Source of the DNA: Stegostoma tigrinum | Taxonomy: Eukaryota | Length of the DNA: 64,000 bases | Direction of reading: 5' to 3' | NCBI RefSeq assembly: GCF_030684315.1 | Contig: NC_081370.1 | Span: forward strand, 45,712,728-45,776,727 | In this document: positions 49,530 to 62,890 of the stretch, piece after piece | How positions within the stretch are numbered: the first letter of the stretch is position 1 | Layout of the letters: each line of letters starts with the position of its first letter | Made by a program: the position numbers and the translations under genes | The notes under the pieces: generated by a model | The model's database searches: none | What the model was told of the DNA's origin: nothing | The model's input: only the letters and a program-made list of their open reading frames with translations

Positions 49530-50619
49530 GTATGTCAGTTATTTAAGACTTTTTGAAAATATTTTATAAATGTGATAGAGAAACTTTGCATCATTGTTGT
49601 CCACAATCATATTTTCTGTGACCTGCTGATTTAATCAAATCCAAACTGCATTTGCTTCTGCCTATCTGTACACTTCAAATCCAAATCATTTCGTAGAAGA
49701 TTATCCTAAACTGCATTTCTAATCTCCAGCTATACTTGTATTGCAACCCAGTAAGGTTACAACTTCCTTCAAAAGAAACCTGTTAAAAGGAATGTTATAT
49801 GAACCACTTCTGAAGACCTAATGTGTTGTACTTTTGAAGTCTTGCATATAAAACATTATGAATTATTCCTTGATAATGGCTCTATTTGAAACTTATTAAT
49901 GTTCATGAACTTAAATGCTTTAAAATTAACTATTCAGATGTAGAATTGACTATTTCTGGTATTTGTTATAGACGCTGCATTCCATCTATTCTGTTAAAAT
50001 AGTTTGAAGTACCTTCAAGATATAATATTCAGAATACACAATTTCTAACGTAACCTTATCTTTCTGTCTTCTAATGTTACTCGGTATGGGAATGTAGTAG
50101 TTATCCTTTGAATTAAGATGTATTGAAATGTCATTATCTCTTCTTTTCATAGTTTACTTTTCAAAATGAATGATTTCCTCTAATTAGTAATGTGCTGGGA
50201 GAAAAAAACCATGAGAATAACACATGTTTTCATCAATAGTGTTTTGTTTGCAATTAAATTTTTTCTGTGAGGAAAAATGTTAAAAGGTAAAATTTTGGCC
50301 TGGAGTTTAAAAAAAAGGACACTATCTTAATCCAATCATTGTTTCTTTCACTACTGAAAATCCCAAGTTAAAATAATTAATACCTTTTTTAAACACCTGG
50401 TTTTCTGCCCATGGGGATGCTTCAGTGTGAAGGATTACTTACTTGCGACGTCACTTTTGTTTGGTGCCTTTTGACTTGTTAGCAGGTTTTAAACTGCCAT
50501 TGAGAAAGAAGAAATCCACACCACATTGCTGGATCTTTGTGAGCAGTGTTGTTTCAAGCCAGAAGTCAGTGCTATCATTTTCTCACTGACTGTGAAATCT
50601 GGTGTTTTACTATTAGAGA

Positions 50620-52015
50620 GTGCTGGTGATCAACCTAAAAATTGAAGTGTACAGAGATCTCGTATGGCTTACAATTTCTACACGCTCGCAGCAATGCTCC
50701 GGCATTTCCAGGCCTTACAATCAAGCCTACCCCAACTCAGAGCCTCCCTGTCCCAGACCTGCGAGGGACCTTTCCTGTTTTTCATTCTTCGCAGGATCCA
50801 CAACCTCAACTCACGATTCTACTCTGCCTTATTGGACACTAAAAACCCATAATTATACTAAACTTACTGGTGCTTGCCACCCAACACAGGCCTCTTCCAC
50901 CCCCCATCCCCCAAGTTCCCAACCCTACCCTGGACCTTCCCCACAATGTGCCCACCACCATTGACCATATGGCCACTGTCGGGGCACCCATGGACTCCAT
51001 GGATGACATCACCTCTGTCGACGTCTGGCACGCCACGTCTGGTACGGTGACTGCTATCGACATTGCTTCCCTCCAATCCAACCCCAACCTCACTATAAAA
51101 TCTGCTGATAAGTGTGGCGCAGCTGTAGTATGGCACACTGACCTCTACATTGCTGAGGTCAGGCGCCAATTCTCTGACACCTCCTCCTACCACACCCTTT
51201 ATCATGACCCCACCCCCAATCATCAAAACGTCATCTCCCAGACCATCCACAACCTCATCACTTCAGGTGACCTCCCAACCACAGCCTCCAACCTCATTGT
51301 TTCCCAACCCTGCACCGCCTGCTTCTATCTCCTTTCCAAAATCCATAAACCTGACAGTCCTGGTTGACCCATTGTCTCCGCCTGCTCCAGCCCCATCGAA
51401 ATCATCTCCACTTATGTCGACTCCATTTTCACTCCCCACCTATGCCCATGATAACACCCACCACCTCCACCTCCTCCAAAACTTTGATTCCCTGATCATC
51501 AACACACCATCTTAACCATAGACACCCAGTCCCTAAACACTTGCATTCCCCATGCAGATGGCCTAAATGCCCTCTGCTTCTTCCTGTACCGCAGGCCTGA
51601 CCAGTCCCCCTCCACCGACACCCTTATCTGCTTAGCCGAACTCGTCCTTACCCTTAACTTCTCTTCAACTCCTCCCTTTCCTACAAACAAAGCAGGTGGC
51701 CATGGGTACCCGCATGGGCCCAAGTTATGCCTGCTTCTTTGTAGGATACGTGGAAAAATCCCTCTTCCACAGCTACACTGGCCCCTTGACCTGTCTGTCT
51801 TCTCTCCACCTATCTGCTCCATTATCCACCTTTCGTCATCGCCTCTTCCTCTCTCTCTCTGTTTCAGAGTCACCTTCCCCTCCCCCATTTCTAAAGAAGG
51901 GTCCAGACCCGAAACATCAGCTTTCCTGCTCCTTTGATGCTGCTTGGCCTGCTCTATTCAACCAGCTGTACACCTTATTATCTCAGACTCAGGCATAAGC
52001 AGTTCCTACTATCTC
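50620..52015 (+). mobile_element. Decayed Penelope-like element: reverse transcriptase fragment plus 3' terminus
   Basis: TIKSADKCGAAVVW..LYIAEVRRQFSD, FYLLSKIHKPDSPG*PIVS and AMGTRMGPSYACFFVGYVE are Penelope RT motifs. It ends in a degenerate hammerhead (ctaaaga..gaaacatc, about 51891) and the shared terminus. Confidence 0.85.
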
Positions 52016-52211
52016 TTAGGATTTTTAAAGTTTTTTTTCCCTGTAAGTATTATTTAACGTTGATTCAAGGCAGAGCAGCTGTGAATTCTCACATCTGTAT
52101 TTTGACATCTTGTGACATATCTCAAAATCCTGAGACGTATGTCACCAGAAAGTCATGTTCTCCACTTCAAGATGCCATAAGTAAAGTGTGCTTCTCCTTA
52201 TTTTTCATCAG

Positions 52212-52358
52212 GTATTGACAGATGAAGTTCAACCTTTCACATTGGATGAAGATTTTGACTATGACTATGTCTGTCTTAAGCCTAAATACACTGAGACTGA
52301 AATTAAAACTATCTCTGCCTTGTCAAAACAGAGGTTGGAAAGGGAGAACTTAATGTAG
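52212..52358 (+). CDS. IFTAP: NWC/IFTAP last coding exon
   Basis: tttttcatcag|GTA... Encodes [48 protein letters not shown], matching the conserved DEVQ.F.LDE.FDYD.V.L..K motif. Confidence 0.93.
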   Translation, partial: VLTDEVQPFTLDEDFDYDYVCLKPKYTETEIKTISALSKQRLERENLM

Positions 52359-52618
52359 AAAAACTAAAAGATTGTACTATCTCTTACTGCATCAATCAGA
52401 TTGTTTGATGTTTGGTTGAAAACCAGGGCTGTACTTCACGCAGAGTCTGGAAATGAGACATTTGCAACTTCACAAAGGACCATTATGAAATCATGCCATG
52501 AGTAAATTTCATATCTTTATTACTTTTAAATCATTAAAACAAATATTTCATATGAACCTGTGATGTGCTTGTTATTCGTATTTACATGATAAAGCTTCAT
52601 TTTTATGCAGGTATTTAC

Positions 52619-52624
52619 AATAAA
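52619..52624 (+). terminator. Probable IFTAP polyadenylation signal AATAAA
   Basis: AATAAA about 260 nt after the stop codon, in AT-rich 3'UTR-like sequence followed by a T-rich tract. Confidence 0.6.
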
Positions 52625-55164
52625 AAATTTGCTTATTTCTTTCCTCCGTCCCATTTCTTTCAAAAGCACATTCTATTAAAGAAATAACAATACTTTCTAA
52701 TGTCGGGGTAAACGATAATCAGTTTTTTCAGGTATATGTAAATGAAATGGAAATATTCTTTTAATCTTTCAATGTAACAGCTGAGACTTGGTGGCAAATG
52801 TCTAGCTAGCCCATAAAGAGAGAAAGCTGACAAATCAAGTGTCAATTTTATACATATAACAAAACAAAATTTTGCGCGGATTTTCCATTTTTGTGCTACT
52901 ATAAAATAATTCTGAACATGTTGGCTGATATCTGATGCTCCATTTTCTTGATGTCTGTCCTGATATTAATTCATATTTGTGGTAGTATTAGTGCTGATGA
53001 TGCAGTTGACTTTCTGTTGATAAACCACATTGTTTCCTTGGAGATCACACCTTTCAATCTGAGCTAAAGGAATTATGGAAGTTCACATGGACTGGATGTA
53101 GCACTTTGATGAAAGCTCATAATTTATCATTGTTTGGAAGCTTAGGGACTGGTTTTAATTTTCGGTTATATTAAGTGTTTATTTTTAGAAAAGATCAGAC
53201 GGTCATTTTGAACATTGATCTAGATAGAGCGTTTCCAGGAGAACATGTCATAAATGACTGACAAGATTCTGGGGAAATAGTTGCTCAAGTGACGTTTGCT
53301 GACTTGAGTTTTATAACCCTGGGAAAGCATTTGAGGGGGTGCGGGCACCAGGTCGTTCAGAAAGTAAAAAGTCTGTAACAGCAGACGTGCTGTCAGTTTA
53401 GTGACCAAAACATTCAGGGTGGAAGGGTAGAAGGTAGTTGCTTAGGAGAAAACTCCAGAAACACAACACTGGTGGTATCAGAGAGAAAGATATTCTACAA
53501 AGCAGTTGAAAATCAGTTTAAGGAATCCATGTTTAATGGTCATAGTGAGCTGCATTAGCCACTTCTTTCAAAGGTCTTGCATATTAATTGAAGAGAATAG
53601 CATGAAGTGAATACATTGAATGAATGTTTCCAAAAAGGGAAACTGATAGCTGGCATGGCTACAAAACTACGGGGAAGATTGAACTAGTGATAGAGGAGCC
53701 AGCGTGGAGGAGATTAAGCCCTTATGGGGATTGCGAGACGAACATGTCTAAGCACCTAAGAAGGGCTGTAATGTTGAACTTAACTTTTATTGTTTTTTTT
53801 CTGCCTTTATTTTAAGGTACCTTTGTACCTAAGATGGCACCAGGATTGGTGACATTGTACACTCATCATTGTACTCTTACTCCCTGTACTTGAGTACACA
53901 TGATAATAAAACCTAATTCTAATTCTAAACAAAGAGCTTTTGTGTGGAGATAGGGGTGACTCTTCAAGAAAACTTGACTGTAAAGTTAGTGTTGAAGTAA
54001 AAATATTGAATCTTGCTGATATTTGCATAGAGACGATTTCAGATGGTTCATGTATGGTGTAATATGGTTCAAGTTATTTGTTTTGTATTATAATATTTTA
54101 TTCCTTTTGTTAAAATTACTTTGTGTTTGGGTTTAGTGACTGACCTCCATTGTTAAATAAAAAGTAAGTAAAACTTGTGTAGCAAGCCAGATTTCACTCT
54201 CGTTTCAGATTTGCCCAGTAATACCATTAGTCACAATCCTAACACTATTAATGTAGTTTATTTTACATTATATTTCCAAATGCTGTGCTCCCTTATTGAT
54301 CTAAGTGGCTTATTTGCTGCATGACTTGAGCCAGTTTTTGTTGCTTGCTCGTAATTTAGCTGAAAATTCTCCTTTGTTCCTGATCTCTGCCAAGTTTCAT
54401 TGCAGTTACTCCTGTGCCAATCCTTATTAGCCAACCTTTAGAACAAATGCAGAAATAATTTGCTTTGCTTACCTTCACTCATCAGCAACAGTGTGGTAAA
54501 TAGAAGAATTGCACAGAGTTAAAAAAGGCATTATTTTCTGCAGTTTATCAGTATTTCAAGCAATGGTTGAAATTCCAAATTAACATCATTTATAGTTATT
54601 CTAAAATGTGGCACGTAATGAACTCCTCTTAAACAATCCAGGTAAGAATTGGCAAGCAAGGTTTAACTCCAAATAGTTTTTTCTCAAAATTTAAGGAGCT
54701 TGATGAGAATTTATTTCAGCAGTCACTGACCACACTAACTTATTGTAGAGCTACAGACAAGGTCAATTACACAAGCAAATAATCCACCCATTTGAAATAT
54801 AGTTTATGCAGCACAGCAAAAGTATCCCTGTGCTGATACGTGTAACGCTTTGTGTTGTTACTTTCTAAGCACTGAAAAATTCCTGGTCAGTCAGAATGTT
54901 TGCCTACAAAATGGAACGGCTCTCAAACAATGGAGAGCCTAAACGTGTTATCCTTCAACAGGCTCGTTATTAACATACTTGTACATCCCATTCCCTCCAA
55001 CAGTTCGTGAAACAGAGAAGTCATGTTTATAATTAATTTTCTGGCACTCTGGTTTAGTGACATTTTCATTCTTTTTGAAGGATATTGCAGATGGTTTTGC
55101 TGTGTTTGGTTCCAGATTCCAACAAACGGATGCTGGCACAATTTATGCAGTGCCATTACCGTAA

Positions 55165-57500
55165 AACAATAAGGGGTAGGGGCAGAAGTAGGCTATTCAG
55201 CCCATCAGGTCTGCTCCATTGTTCTATGAAATCCAAAGCCGATCTGACAATCCTCCGCTTCCCTACCTTAAGGCTCCCATACTGGTTAAAAATCTGTTTT
55301 ATCTCGGCCTTGAATATATTTAACCACCCAGCCTTGACAGCTGTCTGCAGTATAGAATTTCACAAATTTCTTGTCCTCTGTGTGAGTGAGTGAGAGAGAA
55401 AGAAGATCATGCTCACCTTTGACTTAAATGGACAACCTCTTACTCCTGAGATTATGCCTGCAGGTCCTGGATATCCCCCTTGTGGGACACAACCTTTCGG
55501 TATCTAATTTGTCAAGCCCCCTAAGAATGCTTATGTTTTAATAAGGTTACCTATTGTTCTTCTAAACTCAGAGAGTACAAGCCTAACCTATTCAACTTTC
55601 TCAGGAAAATTCTTCTACCTAGAATCAACTCGTCAGTCTTCTGTGCACTGCCCCTATATCCTTCCTATTTTTAGGGGGTGGCCAAAGTTGTTCACACTAT
55701 TCTAGTCAGGTCTAACCAGCATCTTGAATAGTTTTAACAAGGCCTCCATGTGTTTTTACACTTCATTTGCTTTGAAATAATGGCCATGAGTCCATTTTCC
55801 TTCTCTTTTTACCTACTGAATGTGGGTGCTAACTTTTTGAGATTGAGACATTGGGACCCCCCCAGATCCCTGCATTCTGCAATACTTCACAATTTTTCTC
55901 CATTTAAATAAGATTATGCTTTTCTGTTCTTCCTGCCAAAATGCATAACCTTGCATTCTCCCATATTACATGCCATTTGCCAAGTTTTCTTTTCCTATTC
56001 ACTCAACATGTCTGTATACCTCTGTAGAAGCATCACGCAATCCTCACTGCTTTCTTTCCTATCTGTTTTTGTGTCATCCACAAACTTGGCAATAGTACAT
56101 TCACTTCCATTATCTAAGTCAATATGTACCAAAGATAACTAGGCCCAGCACTGATCCTTGTGATATTTCACTAGTTAGCCATCCTGAAAATGGCCCATTT
56201 ATTCCAAATCTTTCTCTAATTAAGTAGTTAATCCTCTATCCTTACTGATATACTACCCCCAGTACCGTTGGCTGTTATGTTAACAGCCTTATTTGCAACA
56301 CCTTATTGAATGCTTTTTGGAAATCCAAGTACATTACACCTGTTGATTATTATAATTATTTAGGGAGAAGCAGTTCAATTTTGGGAGTGAGAGAATTCAT
56401 TGACCTAGAAACAACAATGACTCATTGTCTCATTTTACACAATCTCTGGAATTAGAGATAACACCGTGTGGACCTGGAGGAACAAAGCAGGCCAGGCAGC
56501 ATCAAAGGAGTGGGAAAGTTGATGTTTCAGATCAGGATCCTTCCTCAGAAAATCAATCTCTGGAATTGATTTGTGAAAACATTTGACCAATTTACAGGTT
56601 TCAAATGCTGATGCCTGTCATTGACTCCCATTGATTCATTGGAAGGCTTGTTCAAATCGCAGTGACCTAGATGTGGGGACTGGATGCCTGTATCTAAGTT
56701 TATTGATGACACAATGATGGGCGGAGTTGGAAAGTTCAGCAAAGGGATATTACTAGGCTGAGTGAGTGGCCAACAGGTAGGCAGATGGAATACAATGTGG
56801 GAAATCTATTTGTTTTGGCAGGAAGAATAGAAAAGTAGTAGAGTTTGTTTGAAGAGAGACAAAATAGATCTGGGTGTCCTGTAGTATAGCCACAAAACAT
56901 CAGTGTGCAGGTATAGTAAATGATTAGGAAGGCATGTGGAAGATTGGTGGTTAACGCAAGGGTTATGGTATAATTGTTTAAAAAAAATTACTGCAGCTGT
57001 ACAAGACCTCAGTGAGACAACACCTGGAATACTGTATGTAGTTTTGGCCATTTGAAAAAAATGTTATTGTATTTGAAACAATTTGGAGACAGTCAACTCA
57101 ATTTATTCCTGGGATAACGAGGTCACCTAAAAAAGAAAGTTTGAACAGGCTGGGCCTGTATTTTTTGGAGCTTAGAAGAATGAAGGGTGATTGTATTGAA
57201 AGATAAGATGCTGAAGGAACTTGATTATGGTGATTGCTGGTACGATAGTTAAAAGTGAGGCTTATCTTAAAGATGGAGATAAGAATTTCTTTCTCTCTTG
57301 GAGAATTCTTAGTTTGTGGAATTCTCCAGAATCCAATTGTGACTGTTGTTGAATTAAGCAATGTAGACCTGGATTTTTGATTGGTAAATGAGTCAAGGGC
57401 TTTGAGAAGCAGACTGGAAAGTGGATTTGATGCTGTGCCAAGTCAGCCATGATTTTATTGAATTGTGTAGCAGGCTCGAATGGCTGAAGGATTTAGCAGC
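55165..57500. mobile_element. Two decayed CR1-type LINE fragments in opposite orientation (minus about 55165-56345, plus about 56570-57500)
   Basis: Both contain RT-region remnants (ggatttccaaaaagcattcaataagg on minus; gatgacacaatgatggg..tggcagatggaatacaatgtggg on plus) and CR1-like tails. Confidence 0.65.
56454..56553 (-). mobile_element. Penelope-derived terminus insertion
   Basis: TSD caatctctggaatt at 56440-56453 and 56554-56567. Confidence 0.8.
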
Positions 57501-59419
57501 AGGATTAGCTCTGTGTGCCTAAACTCAAAAGTTTTGGAGATTACAAGTAAACCATATTTTAAGTCATGTAATTCATTGGTTTCCAGATATGAACAGTTTT
57601 GCCAATAAGTAATTATGCTTCCCTCTGTGAGGCTGTTTTCTGGTGATTTGAAGTGGTGAACAGGATACAGCAGTAAAGTGATTATGATACTGGAATTGTA
57701 ATCCATAGATTGGGACTAAACCTCTGGAGCCAAGAATTCAAATCTCACCATGGCATTGAGGCAAATTAAATTCAATTAACTACAAATTATATAAAAGGTC
57801 TCCATAATGGTGAGCATGAAACCACTGTTTTGTTGTAAAAGCTCATCTGGTTCACTTAATGTTCTTAAGGGTTGCAGATTACCATCCTAATGGAGATGTG
57901 GGACTTCAAATTCTCATCAATATGATTGACTCTTCCCTCTGAAATGGCTTGGTAAGCTGCTGTAATTGCATTCAAGATGGTAGGTCAGATCAGCAACACC
58001 TTCTAAAGTTTGTGGTGTTTCTTTTAAACCACTGCACAATGTGTAAGGTAATTGTATCACACTCAAGTTTGTACTATTTCTTTGCACAAAGTGTAAAATA
58101 GGTGCAGATGGTTCAAGCTTGCATTTGTAGCGACCAAGCCTCAAGCCCAAGAAGAGACCACATGAGTTTCAGTTATGCACACCACAAAGATGTGTGTATG
58201 TGATTGTGGGCTTTCCCACTGCAAACAGTTTAGATGTGGGTTAAAATGACAGTTGCCACAGGTGGGCGAAGGTACAGCTCATGTGGTAAGAATTACCTCA
58301 AGTTGAGGGATTGCTAATGCAATTGGATCATTTCTAGGCCATTCAGAGGAGCCACATTCAGCAATCTGTCAGGTGTTTAAAGCATTCAAGATTTAGGTAT
58401 TATCCTTTCATAAGTTACTTTTTGAGTTAAACAAAATTAAAATGAATGCAGATCCATGTCATCAGTAAAATTTGGGTTTGTATAGCTATACCTGTGATAG
58501 AACAGTGTAACCGAATCTGACCACACACAGGCGAGAGATAGCTGAAACATCTGTTATAGCCTAAGAGGTACAATAATTAAATTGAATTCATTTGTATTTG
58601 AGCTGGACGTAATAATTCTCACTTGGTTAAATAAATACTTTGCCTCATCAATAATTGATTAAATGTTCAAGCTTTCAGGATTCCAATAATATTTTTACAT
58701 GCAAATGAAATTATGTATGTTTTAATCAAATATGATGACCAAATGTGGAAGGCTGAATAAATATCTTCCCTGCTGAGGTTGATATGATAAGTTCTTGAAT
58801 TTTTAAACGGACGTTTCTTTTCTTAATTCATTCCATACTGGAACAAACGTTAAAGCTAAGAACAACACAGCAAACATCTTTGTGTTAGTCAAATTCGGGA
58901 GTTAAAATAGAAAACTCCTTTAAAAGTGGGGGGGAGAAAAGACCTCTTACATATTCACCCTGTGTGTATGTACACGTACAAGCAATGTAACCATGTATAG
59001 GATGACAGGAAAAGGGTTTTGAAAAGGAATTCTAAGTTGGATACTTAAACTTATATGGGGTTTGAATAACGTGAGCTGAGATGACATGAATGAGATGACA
59101 AGTCCAGCAAGGATCATTTTGACATTGAATGCATTTTGTTTAATCTTTTAGATATTTTTAACCCACCAGTTCAGCTGTATAATGTCATGCCTCTGGAGCA
59201 GGTGAAACTTAAATTCAGGCCTTTTCACTCAGAGGCGGGGAATCAAACTTCATCTTTCAATCTTTTCACTAGTGACGTGCATTGGTTCTCCTTAGGCAGT
59301 GGTGAGGAGCTGGTTGACAGGGCTGGTTTTTGTTAAATGTCCTGTTACTACTGTAACTTGCCTCAATATTCACCTTCCTGTCATTTCACATTTATAAAAC
59401 AAGCCAGGCAATTGGGAAG

Positions 59420-60140
59420 CAATAACAAGAATTGCAGATGCTGGAGTCAGAGTCAACACTGTGCAACTGGAGGAACGCAGCAGGCCTGGCCGCATCAGAG
59501 GAACAGGAAAGTTGACATTTTGGGTGGGTTGGGACCCTTCTTCAGAAATGGAGGAGAGGGAAGGTAGCTCAGAAATAAATAGAGGAGGGGTGAGGCTGGC
59601 AGAAGGTAGGTGGGATTGTGATAGCTGGATGTTGGTAGGGGATAGTGGAGATTGGTCAGTGGGAAAGGTGGGCTGGATAGGTGGAGAAGAAGATGAACAG
59701 GTTGTGTCAGATCAAGGAGGTGGAAATGAGAGAGAGGGTTGGATGTGGGATGAGGCCGGGTGTGGGGAGATTTTAAAACTGGTGAATTCTATGTTTAGGC
59801 TATTGGGTTGTATGCTCCTGAGGTGGAATATGAGGTGTTGTTGCTCTAGTCATTGTGGCACTAGAGGATGCCCAGGATGGACGTGTCACGTCCGACGCTG
59901 ACAACTCTCTGCCATCGACATTGACAACCAATCCCCACTACTCCCTACCTGAGTTAACCTATCACCATCCCAACTCCCTTACCCCAGCCAGACTCATCCT
60001 CTCTCTTGCTTTCTTGACGTGACAGAACCTGTCCATCTTCCTCCCCACCTATCTGCCCCACTGACCAATCCCTAATACCTGCATCCACCTATCGCCATCC
60101 CATTAACTTCCCACATCCCCACCCCTCCCTCTTTTTCCCA
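59420..60140 (-). mobile_element. Older Penelope-like 3' fragment with a short inverted arm
   Basis: Homologous to the arms at 22401-23879 (ILKLVNSMFRLLGC..WNMRCCCS antisense frame). Its right part reads as a diverged inverted copy. Confidence 0.75.
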
Positions 60141-60923
60141 GCTCCCTAGGCAATGGGAAAATTCAACAATGAAACCAGAGCATGTACCTGGTCGATTCAG
60201 CTTGCTTTGAATGACCTCCTTACTGAACATAAGACGTTGTTGCCAAAGGCATGACCTATGGGCACTAGCTGCACACACTCTTATAGGGACATCTGCCAAT
60301 TCAACGTTACTATTTTTGCACCTCTCTGATACACTGGCAGGCTGCTCACAGGGCACAGAATTAGACTGCAATGCACACTAGCAATTAGCTTTGTTAAGGC
60401 TGCAGCAGGGACTATTTGCATGGTCAGGAGCCCAATTCAAAGACTGGACCAGGCTGCATCTCAGGGCTGGCTGTTTGTGCCTTTAGTCTACCTGCATGTT
60501 CATGCCATCTGTTGCCAAGCCTTGACTTGATATGCTGTACAATACCCTGTTAGCTTGTTGGCTCTGTATGAGGAACGAAAGGTTTTCACTAATTCAGTTT
60601 TAAGGGGTTATTTAGCTCAGGCAGTGTCCTTGTCAGTATTTAACAGTCTAGGAGAGGAAGCACTTTGCTATCTTGGTGTGCCATTCATTCATGTAACACT
60701 AGCCTACGCCGCATGCCTGCATGGCAAACACAGTGCAGATTCATTCAAACAAATGGCCATGACTGAAACTGGTGGGGGTAGTTCTCAGTCCAGTCAATTT
60801 AAAGGGGGGAGGGAAGGTGGCATGTCAGCACCACTGTTGGTCAAAGGATCCTGGTACTTATATGGTCACAGTATAGGAGCTTTGACATAAGTATTCTGCA
60901 TGTGAGGCTGACAGTCATGGGAT

Positions 60924-61136
60924 AACACAGTGTGGAGCTGGAGGAACACAGCAGGCCAGGCAGCTTCAGAGGAGCAGGAAAGTTGTTTCGAGTCGGGATC
61001 CACCCCATTTCTGAAGAAGGGTCCCTGCCCAAAACATCAGCTTTCCTGCTTCTCTGATGCTGCCTGGTCTGCTGTGTTCCTCCAGCTCCACACTGTGTAA
61101 TCTCAGAATCCAGAATGGCAGTTCTCACTGTCTCCT
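60924..61136. mobile_element. Penelope-derived mini-hairpin insertion
   Basis: TSD gtcatgggat at 60914-60923 and 61137-61146, with a degenerate hammerhead ctgaaga..aaaacatc. Confidence 0.85.
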
Positions 61137-61334
61137 GTCATGGGATCTGACCCAGTGCATTCCAGGGAAGTAGTCCAATTGACGCTTAGTCTTGTAGGGC
61201 TTACACGTGGAGTCAGAGGAATTATGGAATTGTTAATTGCAAAAGACAGTAGTGCAGTGGCAATGTCATTGGACTAGTAATCCAGAGGCCCAAACTAATG
61301 CTTTGGCCACATGCGTTCAAATCCCACTTTAAAA

Positions 61335-62165
61335 GTGTGAAGTGATTCATTTTGGAAGGTAGAATTTGAATGCAGAATACATGGTTAATGGCAGGTTTCT
61401 CAGCAATGTGGAAGAACATAGGGATCTTGTGGTCCACGTCCATAGATCCCTCAAAGTGGCTACCCAAGTTGACAGGGTTGTAAAGAAGGCATATGGTGTG
61501 TTGGCTTTCATTCATAGAGGAATTCTGTTTAAGGGCCACGAGGTTATGCTGCAGCTCTATAAAACCGTGGTTAGACCACACTTGGAATATTGTGTTCTGT
61601 TCTGGTCACTTCATTATAGGAAGGATGTGGAAGCTTTAGAGAAGGTGCAGAGGAGATTTACCAGGATGCTGCCTGGACTGGAGGGCAGGCCTTATGAGGA
61701 AAGGTTGAGGGAACTAGGGCTTTTTTTTTTATTGGAACCAAGAAGGATGAGAGATGAAAATTGTATCAGAGATAATGGGAACTGCAGATGCTGGAGAATC
61801 CAGGATAACAAAGGATGAGAGGTGACTTGATAGAGGTGTACAAGATGACAAGAGGCATTGATAGAGTGGATACCTAGAGACTTTTTCCCAGGGTGGAAAT
61901 GTCTATTATGAGGGGGCATAATTTTGAGGTGATGGGAAGAAGGTGTAGGGGAGATGTCAGAGGTAGGTTCTTCACATAGAGAGTGGTGCGAGTGTGGAAT
62001 GTGCAGTGGTATGGAGTCAGATACATTAGAGACATTTAAATGACTCTTGGATAGGCACATGGATGGTAGTATAATGCAGGGTAGTTTGATCTTAGAGTAG
62101 GGTAATAGATCGGCACAACATTGTGGGCCAAAAGACCTGTACTGTGCTGGACTGTTCTATGTTCT
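61335..62165 (+). mobile_element. CR1 LINE 3' part with a small Penelope-tail insert (61754-61810)
   Basis: RDLVVHVHRSLKVATQVDRVVKKAYG..VRPHLEYC..RRFTRMLPG. The insert is flanked by an aaggatgagag duplication (61743-61753, 61811-61821). Confidence 0.9.
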
Positions 62166-62692
62166 TAATATGGGAGCTGCAAACACAGCATTCAGGACTC
62201 TGTCATGTTTAGGGGCTGTTTGTCATAGTTGGTCAAACAAAATCTCATTGACACATGCTTCCAAAAGAGGAGAACTGGGTTCAGCATACAGTTATTGATT
62301 GTAATCATTTTTGGTCATGATGTGCAAGTTTGGCTGGCATTGTGAAGGTGATGTGCAGCCTCTTTTGGCTTCGTTTCTGTTCCCTTTACGTCTATAAATG
62401 AAAACTTGTGATTATGTTTGTATGATTGCTTGCCTGAATGCAATGTTCTTCTATGAAATAATGACAGTAGTGGGGACAGGTTAGCACTGACATAGAGAGG
62501 TTTCAGAAGGGATGTACTAGGTGAAGTGTCAGATGGCTAAGCAGCAACCAGAGTGAGAATATGTGTGAGATAGTGTCAGCCATGTGCTGTGACCAGTGTG
62601 GTTTTGTGGCCATTGTGCCGTTGCATTGCTGGTGAGACACAATGCCAGATTGCCAGTGCTTGTCTGGGTACAAGAGAATCTTTTAAAGATGG

Positions 62693-62890
62693 GTTTCAGA
62701 GATAGTAGGAACTGCAGATGCTGGAGAATCTGAGATAACAAGGTGTAGAGCTGGATGAACATAGGCCAAGCAGCGTCAGAGGAGCAGGAAGACTGATGTT
62801 TCGGGCCTAGACCCTTCCTAAAAGTCAGCCTTCCTGCTCCTCCGATGCTGCTTGCCCTGCTGTGATCATCCAGCTCTACACCTTGTTATC
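62693..62890. mobile_element. Penelope-derived mini-hairpin insertion
   Basis: TSD tcttttaa(a/t)gatgg at 62679-62692 and 62891-62904. Confidence 0.85.
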
